DNA of 64,000 nucleotides from Eledone cirrhosa (Eukaryota), in the NCBI GenBank assembly GCA_964016885.1, contig OZ024742.1, forward strand, positions 336,722,001 to 336,786,000, read 5' to 3'. Of the stretch, positions 1 to 15,177 are shown piece after piece. The position numbers and the translations under genes were made by a program. Each line of letters begins with the position of its first letter. Position 1 is the first letter of the stretch. The notes under the pieces were generated by a model, which saw nothing but the letters and a program-made list of their open reading frames with translations, was not told where the DNA came from and searched no databases.

Positions 1-3000
1 CAGCATCACAAACATTACAACCAACGTCAACGTCAACACCAACACCAACAACACCAATACCAACACTAACGCCAACCTCAGCATCACAAACATTACAACC
101 AACGTCAACGTCAGCACCAACACCAACAACACCAATACCAACACTAACGCCAACCTCAGCATCACAAACATTACAACCAACGTCAACGTCAGCACCAACA
201 CCAGCAACACCAATACCAACACTAACGCCAACCTCAGCATCACAAACATTACAACCAACGTCAACGTCAGCACCAACACCAACAACACCAACACCAACAC
301 TAACGCACACCTCAGCATCACAAAATTACAACCAACGTCAACGTCAGCACCAACACCAACAACACCAATACCAACACTAACGCCAACCTCAGCATCACAA
401 ACATTACAACCAACGTCAACGTCAGCACCAACACCACCAACACCAACACTAACGCCAACCTCAGCATCACAAACATTACAACCAACGTCAACGTCAGCAC
501 CAACACCAACAACACCAACACCAACACTAACGCCAACCTCAGCATCACAAACATTACAACCAACGTCAACGTCAGCACCAACACCAACAACACCAACACC
601 AGCACTAACGCCAACCTCAGCATCACAAACATTACAACCAACGTCAACGTCAGCACCAACACCAACAACACCAACACCAACACTAACGCCAACCTCAGCA
701 TCACAAACATTACAACCAACGTCAACGTCAGCACCAACACCAACAACACCAACACCAACACTAACGCCAACCTCAGCATCACAAACATTACAACCAACGT
801 CAACGTCAGCACCAACACCAACAACACCAACACCAGCACTAACGCCAACCTCAGCATCACAAACATTACAACCAACGTCAACGCCAGCACCAACACCAAC
901 AACACCAACACCAACACTAACGCCAACCTCAGCATCACAAACATTACAACCAACGTCAACGTCAGCACCAACAACACCAATACCAACACTAACGCCAACC
1001 TCAGCATCACAAACATTACAACCAACGTCAACGTCAGCACCAACACCAACAACACCAATACCAACACTAACGCCAACCTCAGCATCACAAACATTACAAC
1101 CAACGTCAACGTCAGCACCAACACCAACAACACCAATACCAACACTAACGCCAACCTCAGCATCACAAACATTACAACCAACGTCAACGTCAGCACCAAC
1201 ACCAACAACACCAACACCAACACTAACGCCAACCTCAGCATCACAAACATTACAACCAACGTCAACGTCAGCACCAACACCAACAACACCAACACCAGCA
1301 CTAACGCCAACCTCAGCATCACAAACATTACAACCAACGTCAACGCCAGCACCAACACCAACAACACCAACACCAACACTAACGCCAACCTCAGCATCAC
1401 AAACATTACGACCAACGTCAACGTCAACACCAACAACACCAACACCAACACTAACGCCAACCTCAGCATCACAAACATTACAACCAACGTCAACGTCAGC
1501 ACCAACACCAACAACACCAACACCAACACTAACGCCAACCTCAGCATCACAAACGTTACAACCAACGTCAACGCCAGCACCAACACCAACAACACCAACA
1601 CCAACACTAACGCGAACCTCAGCATCACAAACATTACAACCAACGTCAACGTCAGCACCAACACCAACAACACCAATACCAACACTAACGCCAACCTCAG
1701 CATCACAAACATTACAACCAACGTCAACGTCAGCACCAACACCAACAACACCAATACCAACACTAACGCCAACCTCAGCATCACAAACATTACAACCAAC
1801 GTCAACGTCAGCACCAACACCAACAACACCAACACCAACACTAACGCCAACCTCAGCATCACAAACATTACAACCAACGTCAACGTCAGCACCAACACCA
1901 ACAACACCAACACCAGCACTAACGCCAACCTCAGCATCACAAACATTACAACCAACGTCAACGTCAGCACCAACACCAACAACACCAACACCAACACTAA
2001 CGCCAACCTCAGCATCACAAACATTACAACCAACGTCAACGTCAGCACCAACACCAACAACACCAACACCAACACTAACGCCAACCTCAGCATCACAAAC
2101 ATTTCAACCAACGTCAACGTCAGCACCAACACCAACAACACCAACACCAGCACTAACGCCAACCTCAGCATCACAAACATTACAACCAACGTCAACGCCA
2201 GCACCAACACCAACAACACCAACACCAACACTAACGCCAACCTCAGCATCACAAACATTACAACCAACGTCAACGTCAGCACCAACACCAACAACACCAA
2301 TACCAACACTAACGCCAACCTCAGCATCACAAACATTACAACCAACGTCAACGTCAGCACCAACACCAACAACACCAATACCAACACTAACGCCAACCTC
2401 AGCATCACAAACATTACAACCAACGTCAACGTCAGCACCAACACCAACAACACCAATACCAACACTAACGCCAACCTCAGCATCACAAACATTACAACCA
2501 ACGTCAACGTCAGCACCAACACCAACAACACCAATACCAACACTAACGCCAACCTCAGCATCACAAACATTACAACCAACGTCAACGTCAGCACCAACAC
2601 CAACAACACCAATACCAACACTAACGCCAACCTCAGCATCACAAACATTACAACCAACGTCAACGTCAGCACCAACACCAACAACACCAATACCAACACT
2701 AACGCCAACCTCAGCATCACAAACATTACAACCAACGTCAACGTCAGCACCAACACCAACAACACCAATACCAACACTAACGCCAACCTCAGCATCACAA
2801 ACATTACAACCAACGTCAACGTCAGCACCAACACCAACAACACCAATACCAACACTAACGCCAACCTCAGCATCACAAACATTACAACCAACGTCAACGT
2901 CAGCACCAACACCAACAACACCAATACCAACACTAACGCCAACCTCAGCATCACAAACATTACAACCAACGTCAACGTCAGCACCAACACCAACAACACC

Positions 3001-6000
3001 AATACCAACACTAACGCCAACCTCAGCATCACAAACATTACAACCAACGTCAACGTCAGCACCAACACCAGCAACACCAATACCAACACTAACGCCAACC
3101 TCAGCATCACAAACATTACAACCAACGTCAACGTCAGCACCAACACCAACAACACCAATACCAACACTAACGCCAACCTCAGCATCACAAACATTACAAC
3201 CAACGTCAACGTCAGCACCAACACCACCAACACCAACACTAACGCCAACCTCAGCATCACAAACATTACAACCAACGTCAACGTCAGCACCAACACCAAC
3301 AACACCAACACCAACACTAACGCCAACCTCAGCATCACAAACATTACAACCAACGTCAACGTCAGCACCAACACCAACAACACCAACACCAGCACTAACG
3401 CCAACCTCAGCATCACAAACATTACAACCAACGTCAACGTCAGCACCAACACCAACAACACCAACACCAACACTAACGCCAACCTCAGCATCACAAACAT
3501 TACAACCAACGTCAACGTCAGCACCAACACCAACAACACCAACACCAACACTAACGCCAACCTCAGCATCACAAACATTACAACCAACGTCAACGTCAGC
3601 ACCAACACCAACAACACCAACACCAGCACTAACGCCAACCTCAGCATCACAAACATTACAACCAACGTCAACGCCAGCACCAACACCAACAACACCAACA
3701 CCAACACTAACGCCAACCTCAGCATCACAAACATTACAACCAACGTCAATGTCAGCACCAACAACACCAATACCAACACTAACGCCAACCTCAGCATCAC
3801 AAACATTACAACCAACGTCAACGTCAGCACCAACACCAACAACACCAATACCAACACTAACGCCAACCTCAGCATCACAAACATTACAACCAACGTCAAC
3901 GTCAGCACCAACACCAACAACACCAATACCAACACTAACGCCAACCTCAGCATCACAAACATTACAACCAACGTCAACGTCAGCACCAACACCAACAACA
4001 CCAACACCAACACTAACGCCAACCTCAGCATCACAAACATTACAACCAACGTCAACGTCAGCACCAACACCAACAACACCAACACCAGCACTAACGCCAA
4101 CCTCAGCATCACAAACATTACAACCAACGTCAACGTCAGCACCAACACCAACAACTCCAACACCAACACTAACGCCAACCTCAGCATCACAAACATTACA
4201 ACCAACGTCAACGTCAGCATCAACAGCAACAACACCAACACCAACACTAACGCCAACCTCAGCATCACAAACATTACAACCAACGTCAACGTCAGCACCA
4301 ACACCAACAACACCAACACCAGCACTAACGCCAACCTCAGCATCACAAACATTACAACCAACGTCAACGTCAGCACCAACACCAACAACACCAACACCAA
4401 CACTAACGCCAACCTCAGCATCACAAACATTACGACCAACGTCAACGTCAACACCAACAACACCAACACCAACACTAACGCCAACCTCAGCATCACAAAC
4501 ATTACAACCAACGTCAACGTCAGCACCAACACCAACAACACCAACACCAACACTAACGCCAACCTCAGCATCACAAACGTTACAACCAACGTCAACGCCA
4601 GCACCAACACCAACAACACCAACACCAACACTAACGCGAACCTCAGCATCACAAACATTACAACCAACGTCAACGTCAGCACCAACACCAACAACACCAA
4701 TACCAACACTAACGCCAACTTCAGCATCACAAACATTACAACCAACGTCAACGTCAGCACCAACACCAACAACACCAATACCAACACTAACGCCAACTTC
4801 AGCATCACAAACATTACAACCAACGTCAACGCCAGCACCAACACCAACAACACCAACACCAACACTAGCGCCAACCTCAGCATCACAAACATTACAACCA
4901 ACGTCAACTTCAGCACCATCACCAACAACACCAATACCAACACTAACGCCAACCTCAGCATCACAAACATTACAACCAACGTCAACGTCAGCACCAACAC
5001 CAACAACACCAACACCAACACTAACGCCAACCTCAGCATCACAAACATTACAACCAACGTCAACGTCAGCACCAACACCAACAACACCAACACTAACGCC
5101 AACCTCAGCATCACAAACATTACAACCAACGTCAACGTCAGCACCAACACCAACAACACCAACACCAGCACTAACGCCAACCTCAGCATCACAAACATTA
5201 CAACCAACGTCAACGTCAGCACCAACACCAACAACACCAACACCAACACTAACGCCAACCTCAGCATCACAAACATTACAACCAACGTCAACGTCAGCAC
5301 CAACACCAACAACACCAACACCAGCACTAACGCCAACCTCAGCATCACAAACATTACAACCAACGTCAACGTCAGCACCAACACCAACAACACCAACACC
5401 AACACTAACGCCAACCTCAGCATCACAAACATTACAACCAACGTCAACGTCAGCACCAACACCAACAACACCAACACCAACACTAACGCCAACCTCAGCA
5501 TCACAAACATTACAACCAACGTCAACGTCAGCACCAACACCAACAACACCAACACCAGCACTAACGCCAACCTCAGCATCACAAACATTACAACCAACGT
5601 CAACGCCAGCACCAACACCAACAACACCAACACCAACACTAACGCCAACCTCAGCATCACAAACATTACAACCAACGTCAACGTCAGCACCAACACCAAC
5701 AACACCAATACCAACACTAACGCCAACCTCAGCATCACAAACATTACAACCAACGTCAACGTCAGCACCAACACCAACAACACCAATACCAACACTAACG
5801 CCAACCTCAGCATCACAAACATTACAACCAACGTCAACGTCAGCACCAACACCAACAACACCAATACCAACACTAACGCCAACCTCAGCATCACAAACAT
5901 TACAACCAACGTCAACGTCAGCACCAACACCAACAACACCAACACCAACACTAACGCCAACCTCAGCATCACAAACATTACAACCAACGTCAACGTCAGC

Positions 6001-9000
6001 ACCAACACCAACAACACCAACACCAGCACTAACGCCAACCTCAGCATCACAAACATTACAACCAACGTCAACGTCAGCACCAACACCAACAACTCCAACA
6101 CCAACACTAACGCCAACCTCAGCATCACAAACATTACAACCAACGTCAACGTCAGCACCAACACCAACAACACCAACACCAGCACTAACGCCAACCTCAG
6201 CATCACAAACATTACAACCAACGTTAACGTCAGCACCAACACCAACAACACCAACACCAGCACTAACGCCAACCTCAGCATCACAAACATTACAACCAAC
6301 GTCAACGTCAGCACCAACACCAACAACACCAATATCAACACTAACGCCAACCTCAGCATCACAAACGTTACAACCAACGTCAACGTCAGCACCAACACCA
6401 ACAACACCAACACCAGCACTAACGCCAACCTAAGCATCACAAACATTACAACCAACGTCAACGTCAGCACCAACACCAACAACACCAACACCAGCACTAA
6501 CGCCAACCTCAGCATCACAAACATTACAACCAACGTCAACGTCAGCACCAACACCAACAACACCAACACCAACACTAACGCACACCTCAGCATCACAAAA
6601 TTACAACCAACGTCAACGTCAGCACCAACACCAACAACACCAACACCAACACTAACGCCAACCTCAGCATCACAAACATTACAACCAACGTCAACGTCAG
6701 CACCAACACCAACAACACCAACACCAACACTAACGCCAACCTCAGCATCACAAAATTACAACCAACGTCAACGTCAGCAGCACCAACACCAACAACACCA
6801 ACACCAACACTAACGCCAACCTCAGCATCACAAACATTACAACCAACGTCAACATCAGCACCAACACCAACAACACCAATACCAGCACTAACGCCAACCT
6901 CAGCATCACAAGCATTACAACCAACGTCAACGTCAGCACCAACACCAACAACACCAACACCAACACTAACGCCAACCTAAGCATCACAAACATTACAACC
7001 AACGTCAACGTCAGCACCAACACCAACAACACCAATACCAACACTAACGCCAACCTCAGCATCACAAACATTACAAACCAACGTCAACGTCAGCACCAAC
7101 ACCACCAACACTAACGCCAACCTCAGCATCACAAACATTACAACCAACGTCAACGTCAGCACCAACACCAACAACACCAACACCAGCACTAACGCCAACC
7201 TCAGCATCACACACATTACAACCAACGTCAACGTCAGCACCAACACCAACAACACCAACACCAACACTAACGCCAACCTCAGCATCACATACGTTACAAC
7301 CAACGTTAACGTCAGCACCAACACCACAACACCAACACCAGCACTAACGCCAACCTCAGCATCACAAACATTACAACCAACGTCAACGTCAGCACCAACA
7401 CCAACAACACCAACACCAGCACTAACGCTAACCTCAGCATCACAAACATTACAACCAACGTCAACGTCAGCACCAACACCAACAACACCAACACCAGCAC
7501 TAACGCCAACCTCAGCATCACAAACATTACAACCAACGTCAACGTCAGCACCAACACCAACAACACCAACACCAGCACTAACGCCAACCACAGCATCACA
7601 AACATTACAACCAACGTCAACGTCAGCACCAACACCAGCAACACCAATACCAACACTAACGCCAACCTCAGCATCACAAACATTACAACCAACGTCAACG
7701 TCAGCACCAACAGCAACAACACCAACACTAACACTAACGCCAACCTCAGCATCACAAACATTACAACCAACGTCAACGTCAGCACCAACACCAACAACAC
7801 CAACACCAACACTAACGCCAACCTCAGCATCACAAACATTACAACCAACGTCAACGTCAGCACCAACACCAACAACACCAACACTAACGCCAACCTCAGC
7901 ATCACAAACATTACAACCAACGTCAACGTCAGCACCAACACCAACAACACCAACACCAGCACTAACGCCAACCTCAGCATCACAAACATTACAACCAACG
8001 TCAACGTCAGCACCAACACCAACAACACCAACACCAACACTAACGCCAACCTCAGCATCACAAACATTACAACCAACGTCAACGTCAGCACCAACACCAA
8101 CAACACCAACACCAGCACTAACGCCAACCTCAGCATCACAAACATTACAACCAACGTCAACGTCAGCACCAACACCAACAACACCAACACCAACACTAAC
8201 GCCAACCTCAGCATCACAAACATTACAACCAACGTCAACGTCAGCACCAACACCAACAACACCAATACCAACACTAACGCCAACCTCAGCATCACAAACA
8301 TTACAACCAACGTCAACGTCAGCACCAACACCAACAACACCAACACCAGCACTAACGCCAACCTCAGCATCACAAACATTACAACCAACGTCAACGTCAG
8401 CACCAACACCAACAACACCAACACCAACACTAACGCCAACCTCAGCATCACAAACATTACAACCAACGTCAACGTCAGCACCAACACCACCAACACCAAC
8501 ACTAACGCCAACCTCAGCATCACAAACATTACAACCAACGTCAACGTCAGCACCAACACCAACAACACCAACACCAACACTAACGCCAACCTCAGCATCA
8601 CAAACATTACAACCAACGTCAACGTCAGCACCAACACCAACAACACCAACACCAACACTAACGCCAACCTCAGCATCACAAACATTACAACCAACGTCAA
8701 CGCCAGCACCAACACCAACAACACCAACACCAACACTAACGCCAACCTCAGCATCACAAACATTACAACCAACGTCAACGTCAGCACCAACACCAACAAC
8801 ACCAATACCAACACTAACGCCAACCTCAGCATCACAAACATTACAACCAACGTCAACGTCAGCACCAACACCAACAACACCAATACCAACACTAACGCCA
8901 ACCTCAGCATCACAAACATTACAACCAACGTCAACGTCAGCACCAACACCACCAACACCAACACTAACGCCAACCTCAGCATCACAAACATTACAACCAA

Positions 9001-11345
9001 CGTCAACGTCAGCACCAACACCAACAACACCAACACCAACAACACCAACACCAGCACTAACGCCAACCTCAGCATCACACACATTACAACCAACGTCAAC
9101 GTCAGCACCAACACCAACAACACCAACACCAACACTAACGCCAACCTCAGCATCACAAACGTTACAACCAACGTTAACGTCAGCACCAACACCACAACAC
9201 CAACACCAGCACTAACGCCAACCTCAGCATCACAAACATTACAACCAACGTCAACGTCAGCACCAACACCAACAACACCAACACCAGCACTAACGCTAAC
9301 CTCAGCATCACAAACATTACAACCAACGTCAACGTCAGCACCAACACCAACAACACCAACACCAGCACTAACGCCAACCTCAGCATCACAAACATTACAA
9401 CCAACGTCAACGTCAGCACCAACACCAACAACACCAACACCAGCACTAACGCCAACCACAGCATCACAAACATTACAACCAACGTCAACGTCAGCACCAA
9501 CACCAGCAACACCAATACCAACACTAACGCCAACCTCAGCATCACAAACATTACAACCAACGTCAACGTCAGCACCAACAGCAACAACACCAACACTAAC
9601 ACTAACGCCAACCTCAGCATCACAAACATTACAACCAACGTCAACGTCAGCACCAACACCAACAACACCAACACCAACACTAACGCCAACCTCAGCATCA
9701 CAAACATTACAACCAACGTCAACGTCAGCACCAACACCAACAACACCAACACTAACGCCAACCTCAGCATCACAAACATTACAACCAACGTCAACGTCAG
9801 CATCAACACCAACAACACCAACACCAACACTAACGCCAACCTCAGCATCACAAACATTACAACCAACGTCAACGTCAGCACCAACACCAACAACACCAAC
9901 ACCAGCACTAACGCCAACCTCAGCATCACAAACATTACAACCAACGTCAACGTCAGCACCAACACCAACAACACCAACACCAACACTAACGCCAACCTCA
10001 GCATCACAAACATTACAACCAACGTCAACGTCAGCACCAACACCAACAACACCAACACCAACACTAACGCCAACCTCAGCATCACAAACATTACAACCAA
10101 CGTCAACGTCAGCACCAACACCAACAACACCAACACCAACACTAACGCCAACCTCAGCATCACAAACATTACAACCAACGTCAACGCCAGCACCAACACC
10201 AACAACACCAACACCAACACTAACGCCAACCTCAGCATCACAAACATTACAACCAACGTCAACGTCAGCACCAACACCAACAACACCAATACCAACACTA
10301 ACGCCAACCTCAGCATCACAAACATTACAACCAACGTCAACGTCAGCACCAACACCAACAACACCAATACCAACACTAACGCCAACCTCAGCATCACAAA
10401 CATTACAACCAACGTCAACGTCAGCACCAACACCAACAACACCAATACCAACACTAACGCCAACCTCAGCATCACAAACATTACAACCAACGTCAACGTC
10501 AGCACCAACACCAACAACACCAACACCAACACTAACGCCAACCTCAGCATCACAAACATTACAACCAACGTCAACGTCAGCACCAACACCAACAACACCA
10601 ATACCAACACTAACGCCAACCTCAGCATCACAAACATTACAAACCAACGTCAACGTCAGCACCAACACCAGCAACACCAATACCAACACTAACGCCAACC
10701 TCAGCATCACAAACATTACAACCAACGTCAACGTCAACATCAACAGCAACAACACCAACACCAACACTAACGCCAACCTCAGCATCACAAACATTACAAC
10801 CAACGTCAACGTCAGCACCAACACCAACAACACCAACACCAACAACTAACGCCAACCTCAGCATCACAAACGTTACAACCAACGTCAACGTCAACACCAA
10901 CAACACCAACACCAACACTAACGCCAACCTCAGCATCACAAACGTTACAACCAACGTCAACGTCAGCACCAACACCAACAACACCAACACCTGCACTAAC
11001 GCCAACCTCAACATCACAAACATTACAACCAACGTCAATGTCAGCACCAACAACACCAATACCAGCACTAACGCCAACCTCAGCATCACAAACATTACAA
11101 CCAACGTCAACGTCAGCACCAACACCAACAACACCAACACCAGCACTAACGCCAACCTCAGCATCACAAACATTACAACCAACGTCAACATCAGCACCAA
11201 CACCAACAACACCAACACCAGCACTAACGCCAACCTCAGCATCACAAACATTACAACCAACGTCAACGTCAGCACCAACACCAACAACACCAATACCAGC
11301 ACTAACGCCAACCTCAGCATCACAAACATTACAACCAACGTCAAC
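1..11345. repeat. 78-bp tandem minisatellite (~145 units), runs off the left edge of the window
   Basis: Unit CAGCATCACAAACATTACAACCAACGTCAACGTCAGCACCAACACCAACAACACCAAYACCARCACTAACGCCAACCT recurs at 1, 79, 157 and onward, with 69/72-bp deletion variants and higher-order blocks. It explains all long ORFs in 318-11470. Confidence 0.97.
3749..6433 (+). other. Possible mucin-like Pro/Thr/Ser repeat reading frame ([26 protein letters not shown])n; coding status unproven
   Basis: The 26-codon unit is open in this frame. However, TAA variants (6431, 6978) and frameshifts occur, and no non-repetitive domain or clear splice site is visible. Confidence 0.25.
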
Positions 11346-11793
11346 ACCAACACCAACACCAACACCAATGCCAACACCAACGCCAACACCAACGGTAAAA
11401 CCAACACCAACACCAACGCCAACACTAACACCAATACCAGCATCAACTTCAACACCAACGCCAACATCACAACACTTCCACTATCAACACCAGCACCAAC
11501 ACCAACGCCAACATCACAACACTTCCACTATCAACACCAGCACCAACACCAAAACTAACATCAGCGCCACCACCAACACTAACACCACCACCAACAACAA
11601 CACCAGCACCATCATTACAAACACAACTACCAACACCAGCACGAACACCAAACCACAAACACTACCACCAATGCAAGCATCAACACTAACATCCCCAACA
11701 CTATCACCAACACCAGTAGCACCATGAATACCAGCAGGAACACTAATCACCAACATCACTAGCACTACTACCAATACCAACATCACAGACATT

Positions 11794-12465
11794 ACCAGCC
11801 CCAACACCACTACCAATTTCAATACCAACACCAGCCCCAACACCACTACCAATTTCAATACCAACACCAGCCCCAACACCACTACCAATTTCAATACCAA
11901 CACCAGCCCCAACACCACTACCAATTTCAATACCAACACCAGCCCCAACACCACTACCAATTTCAATACCAACACCACTACCAATTTCAATACCAACACC
12001 AGCCCCAACACCACTACCAATTTCAATACCAACACCAGCCCCAACACCACTACCCATTTCAATACCAACACCAGCCCCAACACCACTACCAATTTCAATA
12101 CCAACACCAGCCCCAACACAACTACCAATTTCAATACCAACACCAGCCCCAACACCACTACCAATTTCAATACCAACACCAGCCCCAACACCACTACCAA
12201 TTTCAATACCAACACCAGCCCCAACACCACTACCAATTTCAATACCAACACCAGCCCCAACACAACTACCAATTTCAATACCAACACCAGCCCCAACACC
12301 ACTACCAATTTCAATACCAACACCAGCCCCAACACCACTACCAATTTCAATACCAACACCAGCCCCAACACCACTACCAATTTCAATACCAACACCAGCC
12401 CCAACACCACTAGCAATATTCAATACTACACCAGCCCCAACACCACTAACTACCAATTTCAAAAC
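11794..12465. repeat. 36-bp tandem minisatellite (~18 units)
   Basis: Unit ACCAGCCCCAACACCACTACCAATTTCAATACCAAC, with one shortened unit near 11975. Confidence 0.95.
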
Positions 12466-12645
12466 TAACACTACTAATCACTACTAATACTAACAACAAT
12501 ATTAACACACCGCCGAAACTAATACCAACACTCTTTACTTGATTACATGCTATCGTAATTAAATGTAATTTCTCTTCATCCGCAAACAAATTAATTGAAT
12601 ATATAATTTCAAAACGTAATTTGCCAATATTTAATACAACTTACA

Positions 12646-12805
12646 AGGCGGCGAATTGGCAGCGTCGTTAGAACGTCGGATAGAAGGCTTCATGGTATTC
12701 GATCCGGCTTTCTGCTCTCTGAGTTCAAATCCCGCTGAGGTCAACTTTTCCTTTTAACCTTTCGAGGTCGATAAAAAACATACCAATCAAGTAATGGGGT
12801 CGATT
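12646..12805 (+). mobile_element. tRNA-derived SINE (family S1), diverged copy
   Basis: GGCGGCGAATTGGCAG head, B-box-like GAGTTCAAATCCC, and core GGTCAACTTT...GGTCGATAAAA shared with many copies in the window. Confidence 0.75.
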
Positions 12806-13086
12806 CTTCTGCTGTATCTTTTTTTCGCTTCTTCTCTCTTACTTTCTATCTTTCTCTGGAAAAAAATCTGCTGTATTCAGGCCATTTGTGAAGACTTGCC
12901 CTAGTGTATCAAATAGGAAGAGGACATGGGAGAATATAGTCCGAGATTATAGTCAGAGCAAATTTTACTGACAGAACCTATGAAAAACAATCGACCGCCG
13001 TAGTTCGATCAACAGAACAACCTGCTCGTAATAATAATGTTTAACTAGGTGAGCATTCCCCAGGCACGTGTACCTTTAACATGATT

Positions 13087-13610
13087 CTACGAGAGAGTGT
13101 GACAAGGCTGGACGTTACACGTTAATTTCACGAAACACGGAGGCGTCGGAAGAGGCGGAGGATGGTGCGGTGGAGGGGTAGGATGGATGGGTGGTAGGTT
13201 AGGAGGAAGGGGTGTGGGGTGAGGGCGGCGTGGACGAGGGAGGGGGTAACCTCTCCGGATGAAATGGCTGACCAGAGACAGGGCCTGAGTCTCGAAGTCA
13301 GCATCTCGGCTGCAGAGGCGGCGGATCCGGAGTCGGGAGTAGGGAATGGAGTGTTTGGTGTGTGTAGGCTGGGAGGAGGTGAAGTCGAGGTAGGAGTGGG
13401 AGTCAGTGGGTTTGAAGAAGGCGGAGGTAACAAGGGAGCGGTGGGAGGGGTCGATGGCGACGGAGATGTCCAAGAAGTAGAAGCGGGTGGTGAAGATAGA
13501 GGTGGTGAAGTGGAGGTAGAGGTGGAAGGAGCAGAAGAAGAAGAGAAAGGAGTCGAGCTGTTCTCGGGTGAGGGTCTGGCTCCGATGCAGTCGTCGATGT
13601 ACTGACCCTA
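13087..13610 (-). pseudogene. Penelope-like element RT fragment (catalytic YIDD through thumb), frameshifted and GC-rich
   Basis: Minus strand reads YIDDCIGA...FLDISV...FKPTDSHSYLDFTSSQPTHTKHSIPYSRLRIRRLCS, matching the YLDD...FLDI...YKHTDTHQYLNFKSCHPPHTKRNIPYCLARRIC of the 15178-16425 RT. Confidence 0.85.
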
Positions 13611-13623
13611 CAGTTCGGGCATG

Positions 13624-13667
<44 letters not shown>

Positions 13668-13779
13668 TAAAAGGAATTCCAACTTTGTCTGATTTACTCG
13701 TTTTATTTACAATCCTTTAAAGTTTATAATGGTATTAGAATGAAATAGTATGGTAGAATATTAAATGTCAAGTGTTAAT

Positions 13780-13818
13780 TGAACAAGTACTTTCATGCTT
13801 TCGCAATCTTCAGGTTCA
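13780..13818 (-). ncRNA. Minimal type I hammerhead ribozyme in a solo pseudo-LTR-like element (~13665-14050)
   Basis: Minus strand: TGAAC-CTGAAGA-T TGC GAAA GCA T-GAAA-GTAC-TT-GTTCA. Stem I is 5 bp and perfect, stem II has a GNRA loop, stem III is palindromic. TATATAA lies upstream and AATAAA downstream. Confidence 0.8.
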
Positions 13819-14119
13819 TATTCTGTGGTGACAGTCAAGTTTGCAATTTTCAACTGTAATGAGATGGGTAAATTTTGTGCCTTATATACAGTGAAAAGTG
13901 GCTCCAGAATGCTAAATCCTGCAAACTGTATTTCGACCAATCGGTGTGTAGTTTCACTGGATTACTAAAGCTGATTGGTTTAGGCGTCACGGTTGGTTGA
14001 GCATGTCTAACGACTACTAATTAACCCTATCCAAGCATCTATTGTTTTGCTATTTTTAGAAATGATGAAAATAGCATTTTCTAGTAATCATCACCATCAA
14101 CATCACTTTTATTATTATT

Positions 14120-14552
14120 TGGTGGATTGGCAGTATCGGTAGAGGGTCGGACGCCATGCTTTCCAGCATAGTTACGTCCCTTTACGATCTGAGTTCAAAT
14201 CCCGCCGAGGTTGACTTTGCCTTTCATCCTTACGGGGTCGATAAAATAAAGTACCAGTAATGCACTGGGTAATTGCTGGCCTTGTGCCTAAAGTAGAAAC
14301 AATTATTATTGTTGTTGTTGTTGTTAGTGGTAGTAGTCGACATGGTCTGGTCGTAGTCATAGTCATAGCAGAATCGATAGAGGGTCGGACGCCATGCTTT
14401 GACGCATAGAGTTACGGCCCTTGCCATTCTGAGTTCAAATCCCTCCGAGGTTAACTTTGCCTTTCATCCTTACGGGGTCGATAAAATAAAGTACCAGTAA
14501 TGTACTGGGTAATTGCTGGCCTTGTGCCAAAAGTAGAAACGATTATTATTGT
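14120..14552 (+). mobile_element. Two tandem S1 SINE copies (14120-14310 and ~14370-14552)
   Basis: GGTGGATTGGCAGTATCGGTAGAG...GAGTTCAAATCCC...GGGGTCGATAAAATAAAGTACCAG...GTAGAAACAATTATTATT. The second copy abuts the broken 3' end of the Penelope ORF. Confidence 0.9.
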
Positions 14553-14556
14553 TCAT

Positions 14557-15099
14557 TTAGCTGGGTTTGAATTTATCAATAAAATTCTTTTCTTTGATTT
14601 TTCTCTTGATTTCACTTGGGCTGTGTAATTTGTAGAATGTTGCTAGATGGTTACTTAGGGGTATCTGACGGACATGTGGGTCTCTGATTTGCTGTCGGTG
14701 TACCCGTGCACGTTCCGATAGTGCATTTCCAGTTTGACCGACATATAGTTCTTCACAATTCAGGCATTTAATGCGGTAAATTAGATTTCTGCTTTTGCAG
14801 TTCATATTTGCATTTGGGAATATTTTTCCAGTTTTTGTTTTCATATATTGACCGGCGTGTATGGATTGATATGTGCCACATCGACTATCATTGCATTTAG
14901 ATACACTGAATGATTGGTCTTTGTTGTTAAGATCAAACTTTGCTTTTGTTAGTAATTGCTTCAAATTTTTCGGCTGTCTTTTACTAAGAGTTAAAGATCG
15001 ATCTGTGATTAAGCCTTTTAATTCATTACTTTGAGCAATGATCGGTAGGTTTGCTTTGGCAGTGTTGAAGATATTCTGGTGACATGGGTTGTGTGTCAT
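14557..15099 (-). pseudogene. Penelope linker + GIY-YIG endonuclease domain
   Basis: KRQPKNLKQLL, CNDSRCGT, CKSRNLIYRIKCLNCEELYVGQTGNALSERARVHR, RKIKEKNFI. Confidence 0.9.
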
Positions 15100-15177
15100 T
15101 ATAAATGGTATGACCAGTTCTTGGTTTCTTCTTCATTGGGTTGTCCTAAGTTGTTCTATAGGTATTTTTATAGCCCG

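Noticed and set aside
318-10845. 2092-aa and other Leu/Val- or Gly/Val-rich minus-strand ORFs
   Set aside because: They are by-products of a stop-poor 78-bp repeat. Frames swap at single-base indels and there is no unique domain.
14120-14310. tRNA genes suggested by GTTCAAATCCC B-boxes
   Set aside because: No cloverleaf can be formed. Each is followed by the same SINE core and tail, and some have TSDs.
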